The notes beneath the pieces were generated by a model. The model was not told the origin of the DNA, searched no databases, and worked only from the letters and a program-made list of their open reading frames with translations. DNA of 64,000 bases from Nemertoderma westbladi (taxonomy: Eukaryota; Animalia; Xenacoelomorpha), in the NCBI GenBank assembly GCA_032718475.1, contig JAUCBJ010006674.1, forward strand, positions 7,124 to 71,123, read 5' to 3'. How positions within the stretch are numbered: the stretch's first letter is position 1; each line of letters begins with the position of its first letter. Position numbers and translations under genes: made by a program. Positions 49,955 through 61,600 of this stretch are shown piece after piece.

Positions 49955-51189
49955 TGTAAAAGCTTCTGTGGGATCTAACTGGCCCCTTTTGCTTCGCAAT
50001 CCAGTTTCCCCCCAGGCGCTGGAATACTCTAAAAAGGTTCTCTAACTGTATATATATTCCCCTCGCCCGCAAGGTACCGTTACAGGTGTTTTAACGGACA
50101 TAAAAGTCATTCTGCTATATACGTGTTTTGGCGGACATGGTAAGGCAAAAAACCTGTAATGTGCCAACTACCTTTCACAGCTTAGCCGTGATGATTCATA
50201 TTACGACATCTAACAGCTGGTTGCTGACATGGAAACAGCCATTGGATGCATGGTTCTTTGTTTGGCTTGAGCCAATCAGAGCGATTTTTCCTGTCGACGT
50301 GTAGCTTTTCGGCCGATCATAAGGAGAGTGTTCAGTCTTACTGTTTTTACTTGATACTTTGTTGTTATTGCTGTCTAAGCCAGAAACACCGGCTTTTTGG
50401 GAAGAACTCTAGTAAAACTGCTTAGATTATAGAAAGTATAACTGTTACCGGCGGTGTTACCTCACTTAATTTAACTGCACTAATCATATTGTTTGTACTG
50501 CTATTTACCGTCAGTTATTAATTGTATCTATTTGTTGATGGAAATATTGCTCTTTGGAGAATACGGATAAATCACCCAAAATTCCCAATTTTCTTGATAC
50601 ACTACAGGTTAGAGAGGCGGGCTATATATAACAATTGCGATTTATATCAATGTGGTGTGTATTGAATCTAATGTTATTTAGTAGACACTACCTGAGTCAA
50701 TTGCTGTTCTCTTTATGTGTGATCAAATATACTGACGGTCGGCAGAATAGTGTGCATGATTGTGAGTGTGATGTGACTGGTAACAAAGCATTTCCTAAAG
50801 AATGCGACTTATACTTTAATCATAAGCCTTATCGTTGCGTTTAGTATAAGTCCTAGCTCTGTTTAAATAGATAGAGCGCCACGTCCTAAAGGAACTGTTA
50901 ATATTCCCCGAAAGTTAATAATATCTGTCAGAAATTACATATTAGCGATCAATCGAATAATACAGTAGGCTTACACTGCAACCTTACACTGCAATAATAA
51001 AATCTAAGCATCCGAATTCAGCCTCCCGGGTGTAGATCCATCGGGTGAATGATCGCGCATGGGCTGGCTTCGGCTAATGTTTTGTTTATTAGCATAAAAT
51101 ATTGTCGTATGCTAAAGGTGTGTTAATTAACTAAAAGACATATAAATTTTGGCAGGTTAAACTGCTAAAGGTCTTCAAAAGCGCGAACA
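49955..51189 (+). repeat. 3' LTR of copy A
   Basis: Direct repeat of 39643-40877, followed by the TSD GAACAC. Confidence 0.97.
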
Positions 51190-53199
51190 GAACACTTTTA
51201 CTTCTTTAAAGGTATCAGGCGATACCCTGTAATTGAATTAAGACACAGCATTCCGGGACGTGGCTTAATGGTTTATGTATGTATTTACAGAGGTTTAAAG
51301 TTTTGACCTCGAAAAGACCAAGAATAGCAGCAGTGTGCAATAATGGGTAAGAAATTGGTGACACATTTTCAAAATACTTGTAGCAATTTACGTTATAGCA
51401 TTATATGTAAAAAATAAAATTTGAGATTGCACGAAATTTGACATACAGAATGACCTCTCTATTTTCTGGAAAAGGAAACTTATTGCAAGGATTAAGGATT
51501 TAGAATAATATATAATTATGAGAATAAATTAATTAATGGTTGTGGTTATGTGCATCCATGAAATCCATGAACTAGTTGCAAAGACATAGACGTTTAATAT
51601 ATGAATTTAATAGGCCTAATGTGAGCACTTTATGCTTTCTGTTGGCCGGTATTATTCATTTCAGAAACTCATAATCACCTCTTGTGATCTCGGCTTGATT
51701 AATAATCAATTTATTTCAATTTTAGTTATAAAACGCTAACATCTGGTCTGGCTTGCTATGCAATAATTATACAACAAAATTAGCCTTAAAGAGCTAACAT
51801 TTAGAATATGTCTTATGGAGAAACTCTATAGTGCTAACAGTTAGCACTTTACCTTTTTCAATAATTCTGAATCTGGTCGCTAGGGGGCAGTTGTTAAAAT
51901 TTGTTGCTATTTAATTTTTTTTGTAATTCATCTACATCTTTGAGTCAGGTTTGTTGGGAAAAACGAGATTTCGAGACATCTGCTAAAATTGAATGGGATA
52001 TCCAATAGAACAAACGCCATTTACATGGCTACGTTTGTTTTCGTGCTGTGGTCCCTTTCTGGCACCCATCTCCAGTATTTTTCGTGCGAAAATTATAAAA
52101 GTTTTTATGGCTCGCTAAAATTAATTTATTTGAGGTATATAGCGGTTTTTTGGACTCTGATCTAGATTATAGAACTCAAATATAACATTCGAGAAAATTT
52201 TTTGTAATTTTGAATGTTCCCTCTGGGGCACGAAAAAACAAGTAGTGGAAATATGATAATGAAAACTCACCACAAAATCAAATTGATTTTATGACTATAC
52301 AGTTTTTTTGGGATGCTGATCACGAATACGATACTGAAATATAACGTACATTGTTGATTAGGGCATTTTTGGATATGTGTCAATGTGCGGCTCGAAAAAT
52401 ACAATAAGTAGCACAAATTTGATGATCAAAAATCATTACCGAATCAACCTCATTGTTAGATATTATGGGTTTTCTGGCACGCTGATCACGAATATGACTC
52501 GTCAAAATATCGGATTATCCAAATAGATTTTTGCCGTTTGAAATTTCATCCTACTTGTCTCTTACGTCCCACCAGACAAAAACTAAAAATTATAGTTACG
52601 TTGCCACGAATGATTTTTAATAAGTTGTATCGTGCCGTATCGTATCGATCATCGGCTTTGAAAACCAGATTAGCGTCGGAATTACCAAACCAAAAGCAAT
52701 ATTAAACAGTTTGTAATTTTTGCTACTTGTACTTTTCGTTCTGGGGCACCAAAATGGCACCAAAAATGATGTTTGCATTTTAAAAAAATTCTAGCTAGTA
52801 AAAAAACAGTAGCTACAAAAAAAAATATCTAGTAATGTTCTAGAACATTCACCAATATCATAAAAAGTACTAAAGAACACTAAAATGTGACAGGTAAAAA
52901 AATGACAGGGGGTGTCGACAGGGCGGAGTAGGCCAAGTACCAATAACAGTTATATATTAGAACTGTGTTTCCAATGTAATTGCATTCTAGAAACTCATTT
53001 GTCCGTTAATCATTACTTGCTCACAAATAATATACTAGTATCATGTAATTAGAAGCTAATTAATAAATAATTATTTAAAAGTAACAATTAAAACCGAATC
53101 TCACTTCATTAACAACAATTACCTCTTTCTACAGTGGCATAACTTATCATCCCAATCGTTTATTTAAACATATATATTTAAGTACCGGTAGTTATTCTC

Positions 53200-54699
53200 A
53201 TGATGGGAGATCAACCTGGCCCTTCCAGAAAACAATCTTCACTGAAGCGACATCTCCCTTGTGCATCAGATAGTGAGAGCGACAACGACTTAGGACATAA
53301 ACGTTATATCCCCGGTGGTGATAGCGATGATGAAGTCATTGAGATCTCCAAAGAACCGCCAGATAACGAAGGGTCAACATCAATCCAATGCCGTGATTGG
53401 GCAGCGCTCCCACACGAACTTATTTTTAAATTGTTCAGCTATTTCCCAGAATGCGATCGGTTGTCAGCCGGCGGAACTTGTCACAAATGGAATGAGGCCC
53501 AGAAAGATGCGGGGCTTTGGAGAACGAGAGATGTTACCATCAGTGGAGAACGGCATCACGATAAGAAAGAGATTGAAGCAATTAGACAATATGGAGTTCA
53601 TATGGAAAAAGTTGAAATCCGTTGCAATGGGAGACTAAGCAATAGACAACAGATATTATGGCACGTCAGCCAATCAGTGGGTCATCTTAAGGTATCCCAG
53701 CTAAAACAATTCAGTCTATTCGGTCTATTAGGGGGCTTTCAAGGGATGGCTTCCCTCGGTATCTATGACACAACAATATCGCTGTTCTATCAGCATTTAA
53801 TTGAATTCTTCCGATCACAGAAAGAGTTAGAAGACGTGACACTAATAGATTTGCAAGTAAAGCCTTTAATTGACGGTGTTCGAATAATAGAAAGTTTGGT
53901 AAGACACAACCGCGGATCTTTAAGGAAGATCAAAATCGATGAATTAATTCATCCATCTGCCGCATCTACTGCGAGTCCCATGTCATCTGCTATGGGACCG
54001 CTCACTTCATTGAAGGCGTTGACGAACCTGGATATCAATTATAACTACTTGAATACAGATATATTAGAAAGAATTCTGACTAACAGTCCCCATCTAATAT
54101 TATTGGTACTCCGCCTCTGCCTGACTGGATCTGATAATGTTCTACCTGTTGCTGATAATAACAACAGCCCGTGGAGAAAAGCCAACCCCGAGCTCTCGGT
54201 TCATATGCTGTTCGACTTCGAGACAGTTGACGTTCATTCGCTGATTCGCTTGATAAAAGGACGACCTCCTCTGACGAAGTTCGAATTCTTTGCAGCTTGG
54301 ATGGAAACAATCGACGGCTTATCTATACTATTCCGCTATCTAGGTGATCACATGGACCAATGTCTGAAAGAGTTGGTAATGAGGTGCGGACAGGATGAAG
54401 AAATACGTGTTGACTTCGTTTCCATGGTAAGAGATTGTAAGAAGCTAGAGAGCATCACAATTACGGACATGTCTCTCAAAACGGAAGTTGTAACTGATAT
54501 CTGTGAGCTGAAGTTCCAGCAAGAAATAATTCCAGAATTAAAGAAGTGTCACATCGCCTTCGACCCCTTCGAGGGTGCGGATAATGGTGTTGAATTGAGT
54601 ATCCTGAACCGTCAATGGAATGGTAAGATAAAAGCTGGCGGAATTGATTTCCGTTTCAATAAGTTCGGAGATCCTAGGGAGATGGTCACTGTCGGTTAA
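53200..54699 (+). CDS. F-box/LRR-repeat protein, single coding exon
   Basis: F-box motif WAALPHELIFKLFSYFPECDRLSAGGTCHKWNEA...LWR, followed by degenerate LRRs (LKQFSL, LEDVTL, LRKIKI, LTNLDI, LKELVM, LESITI); 499 aa uninterrupted; candidate 5'UTR splice acceptor ctctttctacag ending at 53133. Confidence 0.9.
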   Translation: MMGDQPGPSRKQSSLKRHLPCASDSESDNDLGHKRYIPGGDSDDEVIEISKEPPDNEGSTSIQCRDWAALPHELIFKLFSYFPECDRLSAGGTCHKWNEAQKDAGLWRTRDVTISGERHHDKKEIEAIRQYGVHMEKVEIRCNGRLSNRQQILWHVSQSVGHLKVSQLKQFSLFGLLGGFQGMASLGIYDTTISLFYQHLIEFFRSQKELEDVTLIDLQVKPLIDGVRIIESLVRHNRGSLRKIKIDELIHPSAASTASPMSSAMGPLTSLKALTNLDINYNYLNTDILERILTNSPHLILLVLRLCLTGSDNVLPVADNNNSPWRKANPELSVHMLFDFETVDVHSLIRLIKGRPPLTKFEFFAAWMETIDGLSILFRYLGDHMDQCLKELVMRCGQDEEIRVDFVSMVRDCKKLESITITDMSLKTEVVTDICELKFQQEIIPELKKCHIAFDPFEGADNGVELSILNRQWNGKIKAGGIDFRFNKFGDPREMVTVG

Positions 54700-54915
54700 T
54701 TAGAAGATACTGGAGCTGAATGTCTTGGATGGTTAAATACAAGACGCTCACTAATTCACGCTCGCCGATTAGCTAATAATTATTAATCGTGTTTATATAT
54801 GGTATATTCTCACTATATTTAATATGTTTATTAATATACAGTAACAAGTAACTACAGTATAAATAGAGTCCCGTAATATTTTAATTTTGATACAGCACCA
54901 CCCCCCCCCCCCCCC

Positions 54916-55560
54916 TGTTCGCGCTTTCAGACCTTTAGCAGTTTAACCTGCCAATCTTAAATGTCCTTTTGATTATGAATCGACTTTAGCCCTTACCAAT
55001 TACCTGGTGTACTGAAGTTACATCTGCCGAAGCCAGTCCGTGCGCGGCGTATGACCCACGGTGTGGGAGACTGGATTCGGGTTCTTTAGGAAGTATTGCG
55101 GTGTAGGCTACTTTGTATTATTCGATTGATCGCTACTATATAATCTCTGACAACTATATTTACTTTCGGGGAAATATTAACAGTTCCTTTAGGACGTGGC
55201 GCTTTAAGTATAAAAACAGAGTTATGACTTATACTAATCACAACTAGATGGCCACAGAGTTTCGTAAATAGCGCAATCTTTAGGAGATGCTTTATTAACC
55301 TTCACACGACTTCACACGACTTTACACTACTTCACACTAAATTGCCGACCGTCACTGAATTTGATCATATATAAGGAGGATTGCAACTGACACACGTAGG
55401 GATTATGAAATAGCATTTAATTCACACAAAACCACTATAATTTAAGTCGCAGTTGCTACCGGTAGACTCTTTCTCCGCTTACCTCAGTAATCAATAAGAT
55501 TGAGGGGTTTATGATTATTTATCGGTATTCTGCAAATATAACATCCATTAATATATACAG
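54916..55560 (-). mobile_element. Copy C: partial, more diverged LTR (3' half) of the same BEL/Pao family
   Basis: Starts tgttcgcgctttcagaccttt and contains the invariant 31-mer; similarity fades near 55560. Confidence 0.88.
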
Positions 55561-56539
55561 CAATTCGTCACCTTCAAGGCAGAACCCCCTAAGTCGATTT
55601 TTTTCGATTTTCATGTTTTTGAATTTTTGGGTAATTCGATATCGGCTTTTTCGTCTGGCAGAACCCCGAAGCTTTTCTACCAGCCATTTTTGAGTTAAAA
55701 GCCAAAGACAGTTCCCCGTAACTTATGCCCACTTCGAGGCAGAACCCCACAAGTCAATAATTGGCTTGCAAAACACCGTACAGTAAATTCAAGTATATGA
55801 AATTCAGTCCACCTGGCAAAACCCCTTAAATCAGAAATAACAACCTGTAAAACCCCTTAAATCAGAAACAATAGCCTGGCAAAACCCCGTAATTTATCAT
55901 TTATATACTGGTTTGTATTGCGGCCGGACACAAATATTCATGAGGGAGGCAAACATTATTGAAGGACACAAAACATTAATAGGGGTCCATGGTTGCCAAT
56001 GGATATTAATGTGAGCGTTGGTGATGCTTGCCATCAGACGATCAGATATTAAGTGATTAACTGGAAAAAATACTACCATGGGAACGTGAGCTTCGTTCAA
56101 AGTACCGCCGTTTTGTATACATTCCATCGTCCTAATTAGATGGAAATTAATTGAAAGCGACGTTCGGTTACGTTGTTCAGCTGCCTGTTTTGCTCTGTTA
56201 TACTCCCATATTTTCAATTTACCTCCTACCACCACCATTCATGTGACCCCCCCCCTCCCCCATTCCTGTCTCCCCCTCATGTTCATCATTTTTTTACTCC
56301 TACTCCTTCCCTTTTTAGTAACAACATCGTTTATTGTTTTGGTTAGAAAAACCATCTCTGTAACCTGAAACTTTCCTTCAATCGGCAATAACATAGTTTA
56401 TTGGTTTGATCAGATTGATATGTTATTATTTATTGTTGTTATTTTATTGCTTGACAGTAATGATAATTGAAATACTGTAATATATTGTATGTGTATGGGT
56501 GGTAACATGATTCATACTAAGTGCGAAAGGCGATAGTGC

Positions 56540-56995
56540 CCATGATTAATGTTTGTGCCCTTGATTGATATCTGTCCCTCGTTTATTGTTTGTGTCCCTC
56601 ATTAATGTTTGTGTATCTCATTAATGTTTGTGTCCCTCAGTAATGTTTGTGTCCCTCATTAATGTTTGTGTATCTCATTAATGTTAGTGTCCCTCATTAA
56701 TGTTTGTGTCCCTCATTAATGTTTGTGTATCTCATTAATATTTGTGTCCCTCAGTAATGTTTGTGTCCCTCATTAATGTTTGTGAATCTCATTAATGTTA
56801 GTGTCCCTCATTAATGTTTGTGTCCCTCATTAATGTTTGTGTCCTATATGAATGTTTATGTCCCACATTAATGTTTGTGTCCTACATCAATGTTTATGTC
56901 CCACATTAATGTTTGTCCCCCTGATTAATGTTTGTCCCACACTAATGTTTGTGGCGCTGATAAATATCTGTCCCTCATTTAATGTTTGTGTCCAA
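56540..56995. repeat. 19-bp minisatellite (cctcattaatgtttgtgtc)n, probably within a DNA element starting ~55575
   Basis: More than 20 copies visible; upstream ggca(g/a)aacccc motifs at ~60-80-bp spacing between 55578 and 55890; inverse units at ~55925-55985. Confidence 0.9.
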
Positions 56996-57422
56996 GTTGC
57001 TATAAGTTACTCTAGGTTGCCGGACGTTTTGGACAATTTGGTCAGCAACTAGCAACTTAATTTGAGTAACATTAACTTTTAGTCTCCGTTATATGAGGCA
57101 TCTTTTACAGCAACAAACTTCGCGTTTACTTAGAGCAACTTGATCGGCAACCAGACATGTTCACTAAGTTGCTGATAGAGTTGCTCAAAATGTTGCCACG
57201 TACTGTAGAAAAAACAGGTCTTTAATTATTCGTCATGACGTATTGTAAGTGAACTTTACTTTAACTTTAACAGCTGTAACCCTGTAGCTAGACTTTGTTC
57301 TTACTGTAGAGTACCACCCATGGCTATATTTTGTACTTAAGAGTTCCGCTTTCTTTAATCTCAATTTTGTTCTTATAGTTCTGCATTTGGCTACATTTTG
57401 TTCAATTTGTATTGATACATGA

Positions 57423-58604
57423 TGTTCGCGCTTTCAGACCTTTGGCAGTTTAACCCGCCAAATTATGATGTCTTCTAGATAATAAATCACTTTTAGCCTA
57501 TGACAAATATTTAATTCACTACACTAGTCGAAACCAATCTGTGCGCGATCATTCACCCGCTGGATATACCCGGGAGATTGGGTTCGACGGCTTAATTTTA
57601 TTGCTATGTAAGCCTAATGTATTATTCGACTGACAGTATTATATAATCTCTGACAATATTATTCACCTTCGGGGAATATTAACAGTTCCTTTAGGACGTG
57701 GCGCTATATCTATATACACAGAGTTATGACTTAAACTACTCACAACGATATGGCTTAGTTATAATTCACATATATGGCGCATTCTTTAGGAAATGCTTCG
57801 TTATCAGGCTCACTCATACACAATGCTGCACAATACTGCACACTGATCTGCCGATCTTCACTGATTTTAGTTATATATAAAAGGAACACGGACCGACTCA
57901 TGTAGGGTCTATCAAATAACATTAGATTCACTTCAAACCACTTTAACATAAGTCACAATCGTTATATGTAACCTTTCTCTCTTACCTTCGGTATATCAAG
58001 AATATTGGGTTTCGGGGTTATTTATCGTTATTCCAAATATAATAATTCATCAACCATATTATGAAGAACTGACAGTAAATAGCAGTATAACAATATAAAA
58101 GTATGCACAGTGATTCAGTGTGCGTTAAGTTCATTAGTTTGATATTAAGTGTTGGTTTGTTGATAACCAGTTTGTGATAACGGATATATGCCCTTTATAA
58201 TTAAGCCTACTAGTGTTAGACTAAAACAGAAAAGCACAAAATATTTACAAGCCGTTCTCTCCTGGCTTAGGAAAGAAAGACCAACAACACTGAAAACTGA
58301 TAAGAATAACCTTATTTACAAAGGCTTCCACCCAACACAGAGAAAGAGCATACAGATAGGAAAATTCAGTTCAGTAGATCTGTGATAGGTCGAAATCAAA
58401 ATCAACTCAAATTCTATTGGCAGATACTTTCCCAAGCTGGTTGGACAATCAAACGTAGCCCAGATCCCTTCGCACAGCGAATCAGCCAATCAGCCGGTAG
58501 CTTGCGCTATTCGAGTTATAGATCCCTTTTTAGAGTATTCTAGCGACTGGGGGGGAACTGGTTAGCAAGGCAAACGAATCAGTTATCCCACAAAAGCTTT
58601 TACA
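57423..58604 (-). repeat. 3' LTR of copy D
   Basis: TGTAAAAGC...GCGCGAACA on the minus strand, 1182 bp. Confidence 0.93.
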
Positions 58605-58682
58605 CCGCTCCCAGAAAATGGGATTTAAGTCTATAAAATATACAAAATCACAATTTCTAATATACATAAATACTCTAAACAG

Positions 58683-61600
58683 TTAGTCTTTCTTGCGCGG
58701 ACGGCGTTTACGCAGTTTTTTAAAGCTAGCAAGAGTCCTTTTCTCTTTGGGGCGAGCCACTTTACGAGGAGGGCTGTAGCTCCTAGGCGAAGGGTGCAAT
58801 ATAATTGCATCAGAAGGTGCAGGGTTACGATCGGTATACCCGCCGGTCGAAGTACCTGGTTGATTAATATCAACCTCAGTGGAGCGAGGTCTAACGGCCT
58901 TTAGAGCGCGTCTCAGGACAGCAGCTCCTACGGGTCCTTGACGGGTCGTCTGGACACTAGCGGTGGGTGGACCGTGAGTGGTGAGGAACTTTCTCGGTTT
59001 AATGGTTCTCTCCAGCTCGCGTTCTCGGGTTCGATATTCATATGGTCGCCGAGATATTTCCTGTAGTTCAGGATGCGAGTTCACAAAGATGTCGCCATAC
59101 TCCGGGTCCTGACGGATAAAATTGATCAGGTGATATGTGGTTATATCATTAGGGTTAACGTTTCTAAGGTATTTCCTGACAAACTTGGTGGAAATACACT
59201 CACCAACACGCTTCATTAACTCGTAACTTGGTACGCGTGTTTTCTGTTCAATCGACGCGAATAGATAAGGATGGAACGCGTAAACTCCCTCGTAAGCTCG
59301 TCCAGGGTAATAGCGATGTCGGGATTCGCAATGTAAATCCGCGTTCGCTTCCCAAGCTCGGATGTATCGCAGGGTGATTATCTCGTCTACGCTCTCTAAA
59401 TCGCGATTAAAGGGACAATTGTAACTTTCATGTCCTTTAAGTTGACAGTAGTGACATTGAGTCATAAATTGTGGGCAGACGGCAAATATATGAGAGTTAT
59501 TAAGCCGGCAATAAGCACAATATATTTCCATCATCGGTTGTTCGAGGAAATAGGAACAAGGTACGCTCGAGTCTAGAGGGGTGAAGTGGTCTCTCGATGC
59601 GCATAATCGACAACGTTTTCGAGAAACGTAGTTGGCGTGTCGATAATCGTACGCTGTGAGACGCTGTGGACCTTGATACCACTCTATGACATAATCATTG
59701 TCACTGCTCCGGGAAGTTGTAGGCTGAATCGCTTCTGATTCCAAGCACACTGGTTCATCCTCCAGCTGTATAGACGAAGTGGGTGCGTCTGTCTCAGTAA
59801 GTGGATCCACTGTCTGTATTTCCACGACAGAATAACCTGTAGGTATTCGGGGTCTTTGTATAACAGATGAATGTGAGTTCTGTATACAAACGTCTTGAAA
59901 CACGGCAAATCCAGCGCTACTCAGTTTCTCCGCAGCTGAGTCTCTCAGACTGAGTTTGGTCAGCGCGCGGTCCTTGAACTGACTATCGACGTTACGGAAC
60001 GGAGTCAGAAAGCGCCGGAAACATTCGAAACGTATGAACTTATTGTGTTCGTCTAACTTGGCGAGTTTAGTTCCAAGTATTAACGGGTGAGCGCGTATGG
60101 TACGACTGCACACATCGGCTAGCCAACCGGCAAGTGCTGCGTTTTCAAAGATCGTGTATATAGCTAAGGAAGGGCGAAGTGGAACACTCATAAAGCTATA
60201 TACGGCACCAGGCGCAGTTAATGGTCCATCAAAATATAAACGAGAGTAATGATCTCCATATACTTGCTGGTAATTGGTAGGATTTCCAACTTTGAAATTC
60301 CATCCATATTCTTGAAAGGCAAGATGTCCGATGGATGTCCGTTGTACCTTAGTAATGTCGCTGGGTGTATTGGCATACATAGTGCGAAAGAAACCTCGGC
60401 CTTCGGCCCAAGGAGCAATCAGCTGAGTATCAACGAAAGGGTATGGAATGTTTTCCATATTCCGGAAGTCGTTTTGGAGATCTCCATAAACAGCTGAGCC
60501 GATTTTTAGGATTCTTTCGTTAAACAACATTTCGAGCACGGGTTGGGGTAACATTGATCCGTCGATACCCATGGCCGGTTTGCGCTCGGTGTCGGTGACG
60601 TAACGCTGCGCGAGCTCGAATTGTCCATGTCGAAGTTTCTTTTGTGTCTCCGTAAGGGTTTCAAAAGAATAATCGATCACGTCGGAACACGCTCGAGTGA
60701 ATACGTGGGTAGAACCAGCGAGTCCTCGTATATGTATCATTCGCGTAGTTCCTAGTTCTCCCACCGGAACGCTACCTTCGTTGTCATAAGTAACAACGCC
60801 ATACATCTCGATAACGTTAAGAGTCTCGTTCCATTCTTTAGTGGCGTTTTCGAGAGTCATTCCCACTGGATGCCACAAAGTAGCGCATTCGCTAGCATTG
60901 GGTAAATCTCTATACTTTAAGCATTGTGTAGTATAGGTTTCCACATCTCCATATCGTTTTATTCTTTCTTCCTCGAATAACACGTCAAGATTCCAGTGTA
61001 CCAATCGAGTTTTAATGAATCCATCAAGATTGTACGGAGGTAATATTTCTTTCTCTATTCTGGAAATATTATACGGTTTTCGAAATGAGTTTAGTTTAAC
61101 TAGCTGATCTAGATGTTTTTGTAGTTGTTCGAGTTCGACGAGGTCGAGAGGATTGATCAATGGTAGAAACTTCAGACTATGCGTAGGATCTTCTGGTTTT
61201 ACCATGTAATATTGCTTTAAATTGACGTAATAAGGATGATCCTTAATTCCATAAAATGAGTCCGGCAAAGGTCTAGCGCGTATGTTAACATCGTGCACCA
61301 TGCGACGGACAAGATCCGCTCTATTGTCCGGAGGCTCAACAAGTACGCCATCGACACGGGCAGCCTCGACGGGTGGACGTTGTAGCATGGGAGCGTCAGC
61401 AACGAGCTCTTGAGATCTGAGATCGGTGTTAACCGGTTGAGGCTGTACCGTAGCAAAGAGCTTGTCTTTAAAATGAGGAACCATCGAGGGGTGGAGAATC
61501 GTTTTGGAATAGAGATCCGTCACGAGAATTTGAGCTTCTGGTTGGGCTAAAGCTGCTTCTTCCCTCTCAGTCAGCTCTATATGTCTCTCCTCGAGCTGAT

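Larger units (their letters stand above)
39643..51189 (+). mobile_element. BEL/Pao LTR retrotransposon copy A: intact ends, non-autonomous
   Basis: Two 1235-bp TG...CA LTRs, 6-bp TSD GAACAC (39637-39642 and 51190-51195), gag-protease ORF, second ORF, and purine-rich tract gggagcgg just before the 3' LTR. Confidence 0.97.

Noticed and set aside
51800-52925. Possible DNA transposon (repeated gctgatcacgaat, ctggggcac)
   Set aside because: Looks repeat-derived, but no TIR pair, TSD or transposase could be defined.
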